A stretch of DNA of 64,000 nt from Lepidodermella squamata (taxonomy: Eukaryota > Animalia > Gastrotricha): positions 4,774,001 to 4,838,000 of the forward strand of contig JBLDXI010000001.1 in assembly GCA_047495785.1 (NCBI GenBank), in the 5' to 3' direction. The notes below the pieces were generated by a model that searched no databases, was not told the origin of the DNA, and saw only the letters and a list, made by a program, of their open reading frames with translations. Of the stretch, positions 39,001-52,279 are shown one piece after another. The translations under genes were made by a program, and so were the position numbers. Position 1 is the stretch's first letter. Every line of letters begins with the position of its first letter.

Positions 39001-40114
39001 ATTTTTTTCTTTTAGGCTACCTTAAAATTTCAAGTCTTTAAAACTCAACCGCACCATATCGTAATAGTTCTCCTTCGGTCAATAAGAGTCATCGCTATCC
39101 GAAAAAAGACATGAATTACCCGACAAAACGCGAAAATTAGCGGACGAAACTAGCTCACGATTATTATTCGATAAAAATAAATTAAATGATTGAATTTCTA
39201 TGTACTAATAGCATGTATTAAACAAATTTTGTTCAGAATTACCTTTTTCAATTTCCAAAGCGAGATCAGCATTGTGGCAGGTAATACACAGCACGTCCCA
39301 CATTTCGGTCAGCGGTAATCGAACTTGCTAGAAAAGAAAAAAAATGGAGGCAAAAATTATCAATATTTCGCACAATTTTATATTAAAAGCTGATATAAAA
39401 AGCAGATTAAAATGCGAGAAAAATCGAGTAACCCATAACCAATAATATGTGATCACCAGGTAACAAATAGATGATATTTTACTACATCATGATGTGTGCA
39501 TAAATAATGCGGCGCTAGTGCTAGAATATATTACTATGATAATAATTAGCTATTTTTGCATTAAATGAATATATCCGCCTAATGATACACAGACCTGTCG
39601 CAGAAATATGGGCTCAAACCTGAGACATATACATAGGGTAGGGTATTTACGAGATTGCAGATTACCGCAAGCGTTGCCAGTTTGATAACGAGGTATACTT
39701 ACTCGTACTACGACAACTAAGCAATGTTATTACGAATGAAACTCACCATATCTCTCTGTCATTCGGTCTTATCTGGTGTGGTGAAATGAATCAACATAAA
39801 ATGTAGAAAATTTCCGCAATTTAGGAACAATATTATTTTGACTAAATTTTGCACTCGCCCATATCTTATACAAATTCATTTTCAATGACTAAAAAAGTTA
39901 AGTTTGCTCGAAAAATAAAAAAATAACCCTTCCAACGCAAATGGAAAATACTTGGACATTTCTCTGTTGTTCTGAGATTCAAAACGCAAAAATGCTCCAC
40001 GAAAATATAAAATCTCACCTGGTCCCTTGACGATCTGTCGAAAATCAATTGCCGCGGGCTCAGCTCGTAGCTGTTAGCAGGCGGCGGGATTTGCAGCGAT
40101 CGCAGGTCAGCCAT
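24011..40114 (-). CDS. FCSK: L-fucose kinase paralog A (divergent), 18 exons; first exon 40114-40019 splices in frame upstream of the conserved MWDV start at 39303
   Basis: GSGGATFNA, HMGRDFQFD, SPPGVW.STD, RSGPA.N.AW, RASRHYEGA, DLAGGWSDTPP, GSGLGT, EQL..GWQD, MKK.LAPGSE; all exons read in frame. Confidence 0.88.
29950..30180 (+). mobile_element. Mutator/MULE transposase C-terminal fragment (in FCSK-A intron)
   Basis: HPAVWFILAKLAEKERHV...YVIVNERL resembles the MULE C-terminal HPxxW..I..L..E / Y...N.RL pattern. Confidence 0.55.
30372..30872 (+). mobile_element. Helitron Rep fragment (in FCSK-A intron)
   Basis: RFGRPHVMITLSPRD and D..TAA.YF resemble the Helitron Rep N-terminal region. Confidence 0.65.
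31312..32188. repeat. Near-identical ~144-bp direct repeat (31312-31455 and 32045-32188)
   Basis: cgtttacttcgttgttatcccg...ccttatcattgatg occurs twice with few substitutions. Confidence 0.9.
31905..32044 (+). mobile_element. Ty1/copia-type pol protease fragment
   Basis: IVDSGCSEHVT...FKIGDGSLM matches the copia xxDSGxSxHxT...GDG pattern. Confidence 0.6.
32900..33125 (+). mobile_element. Tc1/IS630-like DDE transposase remnant
   Basis: WILDNLAAH...PFSPQLN, then frameshifted (..FSSVKAEIKR). Confidence 0.65.
36598..37453. mobile_element. Non-autonomous TIR element with many AACTTCGG subterminal repeats
   Basis: The right end (reverse complement CACTAATGTTACGTTCACAAACT) resembles the left end ttatggtgcgtccacaaact. 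Numerous aacttcgg/ccgaagtt copies lie on both sides of an AT-rich core. No TSD found. Confidence 0.6.
38530..38950 (+). mobile_element. Non-LTR retrotransposon RT fragment
   Basis: SATFIAVFN...LMLLAFADDTALLS (RT FADD motif), interrupted by stops. Confidence 0.6.
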
Positions 40115-41305
40115 TTTCACGCACGTACGGAATACTGCAGTGTATATAACTAATATGCTATAGAGATTCTTTCACTCTCCAACACGCGCGAGTGCGACCA
40201 ATGTCACCCCAAAAACCACAACAACAGCAGGCAGCTACAAAAACCAATCCTTCGGCCGCCGTGAAATTCTGCTCAATAAAATTTCTAGAATAAATTCGAA
40301 CGAATGAGTTTAAGTCTTCCTCGTCTCATTTTTTGAGCAATGTCACCAGTTGTGAAGCGCAAAACTCAAAATTTAAGCAAAAAAGCGGTGCGTGAAGCTT
40401 TTTCAAACCAAAAAGCCAAATGATTTTATTTGTGCGACAAAAGAAAAACTGAAGAAAAAGCCATAAACAATGTTAATAATTTCGACATAGCAGCGACATA
40501 TACCACAATTTGTCATTAACAAATTCAAAATAACTCGATTGGGGACATTGAATTTTTACGCCACTAGAAATCATTAGTGTGTTATCAGAATTCCGAGCCC
40601 CTAAAACAAGTTGCTGACTCTACTCATCAATTTTTCACTAGCTAGCCGTCTAAAATCGCCGAAGCTGCGTAGTCATGTGCTCCTGATATCAGAAAATCAT
40701 ATTTTGGGTCAATTTTCGATTTTTTACATTCTGAAAGCAACACATCTGGTTCGAATGTATTGCGACATACCTCGCTGCTATGCCGATCTAGTCAAAAATA
40801 TGATGCATTATTTGTTATAATAAATATATAGATAATTTTGTCACAGCACATTTTCACGGTTGTTGTATAAGGTCACGTTGTTGTTATTATTTCTTGCGTA
40901 GTAGAAAATATCACCACAGATTGAACAAGTTAGCAGCAGCAGCAGTAGCAGAGAAATAAATGAATATGTTAGTATTATTTTTTCAGCATGCAATTTGTCA
41001 AATTATAGCCACGATTTTTCGAAGATTGAATATATCGACACAATTGAAGAAAAAGTCTGGAAATTTGTCAGGCAGAAGTTGGCACAACACCTCGAATAAA
41101 TATTTTCGAAATCCAAAAACGAATTGATTGATTAAACATTGCACGAGGTTGCTGATGGTACGTTTGAGTCTTATAAATATATGGAAAGCCGTCGTCGTTC
41201 CATCAGAACAATAGCCAGTCACGTGAGTTAGAAAAAAGCAGAAAAAATCACAAGATTCGTTGAACAGAGTCATTCCAGCAGTTCGTGTTGTCATTATTCA
41301 CTCTT

Positions 41306-44300
41306 TCAGTCGTAGAACTTGGTCGTCATGCCTTCGGTAGCAATTGCCGATTCGTAGACCACGCAGCCTTCCAAGCCCTGAAAAATCATCAAATCAAATG
41401 AGAATTTATTAAAAAATAAATAAAAAATTCGGATAGAAATTAGAGAAATGAATCGAGCTCAATTCGCGATAATTTTCATTTTTACTTTAAAATTTAAAAT
41501 TTGACCTTATTCAAAAAATATTAAATTAAATTTAAAATTTGAATTTTTTGAATCGAAAATTAGTAAATTAAATTTTAAAATTTACCAGCGTAGTAGAAAT
41601 TATGCGTTTCGCCTCGTCAGCGCCCGTTTTCTCGTCCTTGAGAATGAAATAGATGAAACCGCCGCCACCAGCGCCGCACATCGAATAGCCGCTGATGATG
41701 GGCTTCAACGCCCGAATCAGCACCAGGTACGTGTCCGTCTCAGACCCGGGCGCCATTCGTTTCTTCAACTCGTGCGACCGCGTGATGGCGGCCCCAAACT
41801 GCTCGAAATTGCCCGCCTCCAGCAGCTCGGCCGATTTCGCCGCCAGGCGGGCGAGTTCCTTCTCGGTTGACACAATCAACGGGTCGTTCGAATACCAATT
41901 TCGCAACACATTTTGCAAGATATTCTTCGCGAGACGAGTCTGGCCGCTGTAGACTAGCAGGAAACGGCGGTTCAGCGCCGCGAGGACCTTCGCGTCCAGA
42001 TGCAGCGAGTGCCAGCGGATGGAGACGGGCAGGCCGGCGGCGGAGTGCGCGAGTTTGACGCCGCCGACGAGGCCGTGCACCTGGTCCTGCCAGCCGCCGC
42101 CCGTCGTCAGCAGTTGCTCGAAGTGCAGGACGGCGTGGACGACGGAGGACGAGTCGAAGGCGAAGCCGCGCAGGGTCCACAGCGCCGCGATGAACGCACC
42201 GGCTAGAATGCTCGAAGTGCCTAAAACAAAAAATTCACAAATTCAAGTTCGGTTAAATCGCCAAGAAACGGAGAAAACAGCAAAATTTGCATTTTTCATT
42301 TGTAAGGAAACCTAATTTTGCTTGTAACATCACTAACAGCCCAGGCGGGCCAGAAATAGCTATCTTTTTTAACGAAGAATGCCCCGATGCCCATGCTAGA
42401 GGAACTTGACCTTTTATCGAATACCTTTTATTGCAACCGCTGCTGGGGTATCCTGAGGCGTCCTAAGAGGCAGTCGTCGGGCGACGACATGGAGAAACAA
42501 ATGAAACAGATGATAATGCTCGAAATGCTTGAAAATTAGCTAGCATAAAAGAAAAGAATAAATCTTCTATCTGATTGTCAGCTGCAGCCTTTACGGATCC
42601 TGTCCTGCACCCGCGCCGTCATTCATGTCTTCTTTCATGGATTTTTCTGTAAATACTGAAAATTCTGAAAATTCTGAAAATTCTGAAAATACACAGCTTG
42701 CTTGCTTTTCTGTAATGTCTTGTGTTCTCGTCTCTCTATCTTGCATCTTTCTTGAAGATCGTTTACTTCGTTCAAGTCAAGCAATATTCTTCTCTTCCGA
42801 TTAGATCACATGTTGTCGTTTCGTCTTTCGATAAGCCCATCTCGCTTACAGAGTTTTATCGCCTTTCAATAGACTATACTAATTCTGAATTGACAAAGCT
42901 GCTAGTTCCCAACTTTAGAGCAGCTCTCAATGTAGTCAGTGCAGCGTTGTTCGAGGCGCTACGAACAAAATTAATCATTTCATCATGCAAAATAGCTCTG
43001 GTGCTCCATCTCTCCCACCTGCTTTCAGCAAACCTCCCGCCCCAAAATCGCAACACATGCACCTGCCGACGTGCCGATACCGGATCACTCGGAATATGCC
43101 ATGAAAGGCCAAGATGTCGCGGACTGGCTGACGCACTACGCAACGGACACAGACAAAAAGTGGCACTTCAACTATTCTGGGGACCCTAGAACCAAGGTCA
43201 TTCTTGTTGGCATGTGATTGTAACCTTCAACCTCTATTCTCAACTCGACCAATAGACAAGTCGCAAGACGGAAGATCGTTGCAATATACGACACTTTGCA
43301 ATTAATCAGAGACCAACTAAGCAAACACTTGAATGCGAAACCTTCCCGATTGGCTTATACAATCATCAAGCGGCACCAGCTGTATGCCACTGCCAAGTTC
43401 CCTCTAGTCAACGACTTGACCAACTGGTCGCAGAGTTGAACAACTTCGAGCGGGGGCGGTTCAAAAAGCTGCACCGGTCTATCAACTTTGACGACTTTGT
43501 GATGAAATTTTGAATTTCGAAAACCCAAGGAGCTATTTTCGGAACTTGCCCGGCACGTTGATTGAACCTTTTTGAGCCATACTAAATTCGATCTTGTTGT
43601 GCGCATTTGCCACCGGCTGCCTCTAGTTCGAGGTAGTTTAACCGTGTTTAGCATTTTGTTGAATTGATAGCACTACTCGACTTCGGCTTTCTGGGAATTG
43701 CCCATCAATCGCCCCGTAAAGAAAATTCTACCACGTAGCCCTGCTATCAGTAGTGCTCACGACTTGAGAGAAGCTCTCAATGTTTGTATGAGTAGTGAAA
43801 ATCATTTCAATTCAATCAGTCATTCAATTTATAAATTAGTAATTTTGAAAAAATAAATGACTGATTTCCTCTTCTTTGAATTCAGACAAGATAAGGCAAG
43901 ATCAATTGAATTAAAAAATCAACGTACCTAAACCACTACCCTGCGGCAAGTTCGACCAGGTGAAAATTTCCAGTCCGGGAGCACCAACGCTGGACATGAG
44001 CTGGTCAGCCAGCGACGCAGCGCCCTCGCCAAACGAAGGCGCGACATTCGAAGCCGTTGCACTCCCAGAATTCGACCCGCCACTCGAATTAGCCGACAGA
44101 TGAGGCGTGATGACACCAGCTGCGACCAGGCAAGCTTTGATAAGGGCGGCCTGGCTGAAGGGTGAGTCAAAGTCCGACAGTTGTTCGATCGAGTCGAACG
44201 TCCACTGCGCGACCACCTGCCCGGATTCGTCCAGGTAACCGGCTGTGATCGCCGGCTGGTTGACTTTGCGTACCTTGGCGCCAATCGGTGGCTTGCCTTT

Positions 44301-47300
44301 GACTAGAAGAGCAGCGCCGAGAACAGCCCCGCCCATTTCGTAGCACTAAAATTAGAAAATAAATAATGTATTCAATCAAATCAAATATTTTCACGCATGA
44401 TTTTCAAGTTACTTAACAATAAAAAAAAAATTCAAGCATAAGTAGAGGGCGAAAAAATTGTTAACGATACGGTTCGGTTATAGATTCTCAATTTGATACA
44501 TAAATTTGAAGATCCAGCCATTGTTTTAGTAACTTCAGGTCGCAATCAGCAGAAACCGTTATTATGGAAGGAATTTGGGTGGTACAGCATCGAACTTGGG
44601 AATGACAGTCTTCGAAAACTTGCTACTTGATGAATTCAAGCTAGGCCGTACTAGGCCGGCTAGGTACCGCCAACCGCACCTACGACTTCGTCGACCCTGC
44701 TACTGGAGTCACAACCAACCGAGTGGAGTGCATGTGGAAAAGCGCCAAAATGGATCAGAAGCGGCGCTGAGGCATTGCTAGGCCAACGCTAGATTCAAAT
44801 ATCATCAACGCTTTGGTCGAAACTAGGTTCAACGCACCATGAAACGATATCCCTTGGATTAGACTTAATTCAATCGGTTAATCTAGGTCAATCACAGCCT
44901 CTAGATTAGACGTCCAAACACGCGTTTGCCTCAGATTAATGAGCGTCGTATGATAGCTTTTAAGCTCAAGTACAACCATCAGTCAGGAATACGATGTCTA
45001 CAATTTTGAATGTGACGACGCGCCCACGGTACAAACCCAACCACCGAAGGCTCACAAGGATCATGTCCACAAGCAGGTGTGGTGTACGGCCTTGCTACAA
45101 CCGGTTCAGGCTTCATCTCGGGTTCTCTGCAGAAAAGGCAGGCAAAAAATGTCACAAGGCCACGCAGCGGTGCATCACTTGTCCCGGAAGGCCGGGCATT
45201 CGTCGAAAACCCCGGCGGGGTGACAAGGCCAGTGGAACGACTTTTTGCTGTATGCGATGATTAAATTTGTATTATTTATGAGTGCGGCTATTCGTACATA
45301 CATATGTACGCCATTTTGGCTATTCGTACATATATATGTACGCGAAAATGGCTATTCGTACATATTTTCAGCTGATTTTTTGCTGATATTCAATTTGATG
45401 CTGAATTTTAACGGTAGCTCATAGAGACTTGAGAATTTAGGGGAAGATGTGCCTAATTGTGCACAAGTTGTGCCAACAAATTTGACATGCTGGGACCAAC
45501 CTACCTTTCGGGATGGGCCTAAAACCGATTTATCATTTACCCCTCTAGTTTCCTTAGAGATGTGCCCACGGAGCTGAAAATTTCAAGATTCTAAATTCAC
45601 CCAATTTCCGATGTGTAGCAAAAAATTCAACGCGTTATCTCACAAATTGTACAAATGGCATCAGCTCAATTTATTTCTAAAAATATATGTACGAATAGCC
45701 ACTCTGATTATTTATTTTGTTATAATATTATGATGTGATAATTGCACCACTTAAGCTAAAAATTCTATCCATGGGGATGTGGAAGGGATTCTGCAAGAAC
45801 TTCGAGTTGGTACGATTCCGACTCAGCAAAAACGGTTGTTTGGTAACACTTCGGAATCCATTTCGTCAAGTATGCGACCTGCAAGTGCCAAACTGACAGT
45901 AGAACCTGGGATGTTGCACAGGTTCCTTGGTTTGAGAAACGCAAAACTCGGGCGTTTATTTGTACCTGCTACCTGCAGAGCTGCTGAGCTGATGACTCAA
46001 CGACCGGCTCAACGTTGGAAGTGAAATGGTTTTATGATGGATTCACGCCGTATGGTCGGAACTCGGAACACTTGGCTTTTGATATGTCGATTTCCTGGTG
46101 TTTCTATCAAGTTTCTCGCAATGGCTTGGGTTGGTCTCACTCATCCGCCTTCGTAGGTTTTACGACCATTCGTGCATGTAATGCTGCGACTTTTTCACAC
46201 TGGGATTCGATTGGCAAACGGAGCGGTCGACTGGGTCTAGGCTCGGTGCAATTAGGCCTATATGCTGGGCCTAAAACCCTAGTCTAAGCCTACAGACTTT
46301 TGACTGGGTTGTTAAGCGAATCCAGCTAGGGTCGCACGGCCAAGTCACAACAATTGTCTAATCAGCGCAACTTCTGATTCCGACTTGAGACACCCTACCC
46401 CGTACCCCCCTAACAATCGATCCTTTTGGGAAACATTTGGCATGGCAACTCCTACGGCATATCTCCGCCAGTAGTCGAAATGAAATGGAAATCAGACGAC
46501 TGGTTTTTGCAGGAAATTCACGCGAAGAGAGATAGTTGGCTTATAAATTGAAATGACTTTAAAATTAAGGCAGCGTGCCAGTACGTTTTTCTCAATTTTT
46601 TGTTGATACATTTTGTTGAAGTCACTCCCAGGGGTCAGTAATCGCTGGAACCTAACAATGCCATTGCAACATGCAAATGAGCGTCCCAAATTACCCGCTA
46701 TTTTACCAACTTTATGCATAAAAGTTTCTGATCGCTAATTAACGTAAATTTCGTAAATTCACCGAAATTCTCAGCTAAATCGTGATAATCTTACACATGT
46801 CAAACATAAACTAAATTACGACTGATTTTTTAATACACATTGATTTGCTCCGAAATATCCCCGCGCTAAGGTAGCGTAGAATGTATAGAAATTATGTCAA
46901 TTGAAACGTACCACAGGCGGCGTGTCCGACCAGGCGCCGGCGAAATCGGCTCGGCAGGGTGACTCGCAGACGACCCAGCGGCCGCTGGGGATGATGGGCG
47001 CGCCCGGGCGCAGGTAGACGTAGCTCATCGCCGACGAGCACGCTTTGGCAATCAGATTTTGCTGCGCGCCCTCGTAGTGCCGCGCCGCTCGGATGATGAG
47101 CTGCGGCGACGAGAGCCACTCGTTGCGAAGAGACGCCATCGCCCGGACTGCGCGTTCGAAGTCGCCGTTTCGCAACAGGGCGTAGGCGGCTCGCCAGGCG
47201 ACGTTGCCGGCCGGGCCCGAGCGAACACCGCCTTTGCCGCCGGCCATGCAACCGAGCAGGGCGGCGGTGTTGGCGAACAGGCGCGCCAGTTTCACTTCGT

Positions 47301-50300
47301 CCATGCACTGCACAGCCACGTCATCGATGGCCGACAACAGCTCCTGAAATAGGAAAAAAGTGAAGATCATATTTGTAAATTGTCTTGAAACTGCTTGATT
47401 TAGCTGAAAATTCATAAGCAGCTCGAGGAAATAGCGGCAAAAAATACCATTCGAAGGCTCGATAATTCCCCGAAAATTTCAATCAATTTTCAATACAAAA
47501 TTTCAAAATTCTGAATTTTCAATGAAATTTGCAAAAAATTAAAAATTATATCAGCAAATAACAGACTGAAATAGGAGAAACCTCCAATTGTTTTCGATTT
47601 TTAGATGTTCGAAAGTTTTCAAAACGGTCCATGATTTGAGGGTCCACAGAAAATATGAAACATGACAAAATAATAAGTAATTTCGAAAAACTGAGAATTC
47701 AAAAATTCCAATATTCGAAGAAAATCATAGCATGCGCATTTTTTGTCATTTCACAGTAAAAAGTAAAAAATGATACCTTAGCGAATCCGTCGATGGCAGC
47801 CGTGTTGTAGAGACCAGCCAAACTCGACTCGGCGCTGTTCGCCAGCTGGCGTTCGATCAACTTGGCCGCTACCTTGGCATAGCACTGGCGCCTCATGTCA
47901 AAAGTCGCCGAGTACGACACGAGATCAACCAAATCGGCGATGGAGAATCGCCAAGCCGACCGCCACGTTTCGAGCAGCACCTGGTTTTGATGACGCGCTT
48001 GCGGCGTTTTGATGCTGTTGTTTTTATTCGGCTGCGACAGCCACATGATCAGGTGCAGCGAGTTGGTTTTCGACAGGACAGGGTACAGCCGGGCCGTGTA
48101 GACGCTTCGCTTCGACTGCGGCTCCGTCGACGGCCACAAATCGGCTTCTTCGATGCCTTTCATCGCGAGGTACTCTTTCCATGGGATGTTGCAGAACGTC
48201 GCCGAGGGTTCACATACGGCTTGCTAATAAACATTAGAAAAACAAATTAATTAAAAATCTGATTGTTTGCAATTCACCAAGGAAATTTACAATCAACCGG
48301 CGATGACCCAGGAAAAAACCAAAGCTAAAGAAATTGTGTCTAACTATAAATACTACATGGATTTGCTAAATGAAGGCTACGCCTTTGCCGGTTCGCCAAC
48401 CTTTTCTCAACATTACGTCTCTCGAAAGTCTTCTAAACAAGCACGCTGTGCTCAAAACGGCACTATCCCTTTGCCGAATCTCAGGGCGCTACAATAATTT
48501 CTTTGTTGGCTCCTGTACTGAAAAAACACTAATTTGTCAAATCAATATCGGCTCTGCAGACAAACTTTTAAATTGATCGCTCATAGCGCAAAAATGCGGT
48601 TGGATGGAGATCTATCGGTTAGGCAGGATAACAAAAAAAGAGATCGCGAAATACCATATTTTGGGGAAATCTAGTGTTAGAGTCTGAAACCCTAAATTGA
48701 CTAATTTGACGTGTTTTTCATTGATTTTTGGGGCAATTTTTGCCAAGCAGTCTTTTGCAGAAATTCTCAAGTATTAGGTCAATTTAATGTTTGATGTCAA
48801 CAACTTCTATGACCTATGACTTAAGTACAATCCTATCCTAAAATTCGGACTTATATTACTTGTTACGCCACGACCCAAGGAAACAATCCTATGAAGTGGA
48901 AATAGAAACTAGTAGAGTAGTAATAACGGACCCTGTTGATTTAATACAGCAGCTTCAGCTATTCAACCCCTACGCCCTGATTTGCCCAAATGCTCAGAAA
49001 ATCTAATGGTTTCAGTTATTAGAACTGGTAATGTAATCCCTGATAATGACATTTTTTCAAAAATGTGCAAAATAAATAAAAGAAATTTAAATATTTTTTT
49101 ATGAAAAATAAATTCGTAATTATTACCGTGATCGAATCGTGCAGGCCGAAAACAATGTTAGCAGCAACCGGTGCGGTTGGCAGTTGCGTAGTCGGCAGCT
49201 TGATGCTGTACTGATGCAGTACGATTTCGTCAGCGATGACGAGCGGCTCGCTGAGCGTATCCGGGGTCACATTCAAGCCATTTACCACACATCGCCGGCC
49301 GATTGAAACGTGCGGCGCATCGATAACCGAATGACTGATCACGCTTGACGCGTCAACGCTGGCTTCCAGGCCGATGTATGAGCTAATGAAAAACGACGAC
49401 GCATTGCACTTGCCTTCGAGCTATAGAAAAAAACATGAAAACATAAAGATATGACGCAACAATAAACATTAACAATATAAATGAGCGATTCGTATAAAAT
49501 GATTAATTAACAACATTCTAATTGCGCAATCGTCGGGATGTTAAATTTCCAAGTCGAACTAAACTCACAATTAATGAAAATTATTCAACTCGCGCTTAAA
49601 AGCGTCATTTTTGGCCAGAATTTCGATTTTTGATCCCCATTTTATCAGTCTCGAAAATAATGAAAATATCATTATATCAAGAAATTAAAAAAGACGAAGC
49701 ATATAAAGCAAAAATTGCGATTATTTCCTCATTAAAAATAATTACGAAAAAATACACAAAAATGCAAATATCCAAATCAGAATTTACAATAATTTAATCA
49801 CCAATTATAATTTTAGAGCTTCAAAGTTTATTCAGACTTACGAATGAGTGGCAAACTAGGCTTTTCTGAATTTCCGGCAACGACCCCATTGGCAAATTGA
49901 CAAATTGCAGAAAGCAGTCCAGGAGTGACCCGGCACAGTTTCGCAAGTCCGGGTAGATGAAGCGGCCCGAGTTGTCGACGGCTATGCGGTAGATGCACTT
50001 GTGAAGCTTCTCGAATATAACCGCCCTCGCTCGGCTGATCGGCTCCTGTGCTGCGCCAATAAATTCTTCCAGCGTCAGATTTTTCGCGGCGGCACGCATC
50101 ACATCCATAAATAAAGAGAGCTGCATTAGGAAAAAACCATACATTTTAGCAAAATTTCATACGAATTTCGAAATTAAATCAACAGCAAGAAAGACATTTA
50201 AACGTTCATCATTCAAATAATTCAAATATTGATGGACAATTTTTGCACAGTTTGGTATTTTATAAGAGTTATTATGTACTTGAACCCGATGAATTCCATT

Positions 50301-51319
50301 ATATTCAAAGATAATTATGCTGAATCCTTACATTGATTGGTTCGATTCCGGAATCAACACCGACATAGGTGCACGCATTGAGCGGGTAAACTTCATAGAA
50401 TGACAAGATGCTCTCGACGACCCATGGTCGCAAATAAACAACGCCAACGAGCTAGCGTGACAAAAATCTTAAAATATGTTTTTTTCTCCGCTTTTCAAGA
50501 AATTCATACCGTTAAAACTTTCTGGTTGTTTGGTGCCAACTTTGCGAGTTGTTCAGTTGTTGGCTTATAAATCAAATCGGCTAAAATGTTATCCGGCGTT
50601 GTGATGTACATGCCATGGCGATCGGCGACATACTGTGGCGGCATGGGAACAGCAAGGCCCAACATATCCATTGGTGCATTCCAGTCGATTTGCTGGTCTT
50701 TAAATCGGAATAACACATTTCACGACATACAATAAAAGTTGAAGGTAACTCACAAAACTTGTCGGAAACACTGGAAATCATGTCAGTACTGCTGACCCAT
50801 ACACCAGGCGGTGAATTCACGGCGATCTAAACAGATCAAGTCATCAGAAATTCAATTACTTATATTCGAAGATTACTAACATGATTAGTGATCATCAGGT
50901 AAGTATGGATGAAATTTGGCAGCAGACTAGTGACTGTAGATGAAGTGTAAGCGCAAGGCAGGTTCATGCAGGCGCGACCGACAATGTCGAGTTCAAATCG
51001 GTGGCCCATATGTAGCACTAGAATACGAGCAGCTTTCAGGCAATTCACATTGATGACGGCGTAGTCATTTTTAGCACTCAGCAACTCTGCGACGGTGAGA
51101 ATGGCGTTAAAGGTGGCGCCGCCTGAGCCCACATTGTGACGTGGGTCTTCGACAACCAGCAATTGAGCCTCTTTATCAATAAGGCCTTTCTTCTGAAATA
51201 GTACAAGCTCTGCAATGCAAAAAATGTAAAAAATACGTGATTACATAAGTAGCCTAACCTTTGTGAAGCTCAAGAGCCAATTCCTTATTCGGACATGTCA
51301 GGCAAACAACGTCCCACAT
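41306..51319 (-). CDS. FCSK: L-fucose kinase paralog B (canonical motifs), 12 exons
   Basis: MWDVVCLTC, VEDP..VGSGGAT, RSGPAGN, RAARHYEGA, DFAGAWSDTPP, GSGLGTSS, EQLLTTGGGWQDQ, RLAKNILQNVLRNWY, GAGGGGF; TGA at 41308-41306. Confidence 0.92.
42655..42690. repeat. (CTGAAAATT)x4 tandem repeat
   Basis: Seen directly in the sequence. Confidence 0.8.
44640..44780 (+). mobile_element. Merlin/IS1595 (ISXO2-like) transposase fragment
   Basis: One frame reads FVDPATGVTTNRVECMWKSAK. Confidence 0.75.
45040..45262 (+). mobile_element. Probable piggyBac-type C-terminal cysteine-rich domain fragment
   Basis: C...PCY...KAGKKCHKATQRCITCPGRPG. Confidence 0.4.
45280..45704. mobile_element. MITE, ~425 bp
   Basis: Left gagtgcggctattcgtacata (core repeated 3 times) is inverted against right tatgtacgaatagccactc. 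Confidence 0.7.
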
Positions 51320-52279
51320 CGTAAGCTGGTTTCAACTTTTATTTTCTCCCTAAAAGAAATAGCAATAAAAGCTTGTTATTATTTGGAATTTCAAGAAACA
51401 CGAAAGAGAGTTGAGAGGATTGCCATTAACTTGAATCCTATTAACTAAGTATTAAGTGGATTGAAGGAATTTGGGTTACAGAAGGCTGAAGAAGGCTGAA
51501 AAATGGGGGTTAATGATCGAAATGGTATGACGGCGTTTGGAGGAAGCGATTCAGGAAGAAAGAAATCGGATAACGCAGCGTGAAAGTTGCACATCCTGAG
51601 CTCTCCGATGAGAATAACAAATTATCGGATTATAGAAGTAACGCATGCAATCGTAAAGACGAGGCCTGTTTATGACTTGAAATGCCGCTGGGAGAGCGAC
51701 GAGGTTATTTTCCGCATAAAAACACTGAAGCCAGAATGAACAAGAAGGATTACTTAAGCACAACAGCAGAAACCTAAACATGTAACCGCATCAATTCATC
51801 TAGAAAAATGTCCAGTCGCCACTGCTCAAAAGTCGGCAACCATCACTTTTGGCGGTGAAGACTACGCAGTCGCCCGCAGCCCACAACTCCGCGCAACCCT
51901 TCATCACAGCCAAGTCACACCTATCGTGATGCCAACTACGGAAAAGATGCGGTCACACCCTCTGCGCGTGTGCTGGCAACGGCGTCGGTCGTCGGACCAA
52001 ATACCGCGCTTGCGAAACTATAATGACGGATATTTGTTTCAATTTTTATCAAATACTATTGTCCCTGCAAATAAAGCTAGGAATTTGCAATGATTTGATT
52101 TTCTTTTAGGATTTGCGGTTTTATCGAGGGCAGCGTTTCGCCGCGGGCACATCAAAACCTAAGTTCGCCGCAAGTTGGGTGCGAGAAGACGCTCATGTGA
52201 GAATCGAGAACGCAGAACGCGAGCTTTGAGCTTTGAACTAGGAACTAACACATGCGCCTGAAAAATGAACGACTTGTCC

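Noticed and set aside
24011-40114. FCSK-A as a pseudogene
   Set aside because: All exons splice in frame with GT-AG and no stops; it looks fragmented only because the exons are small
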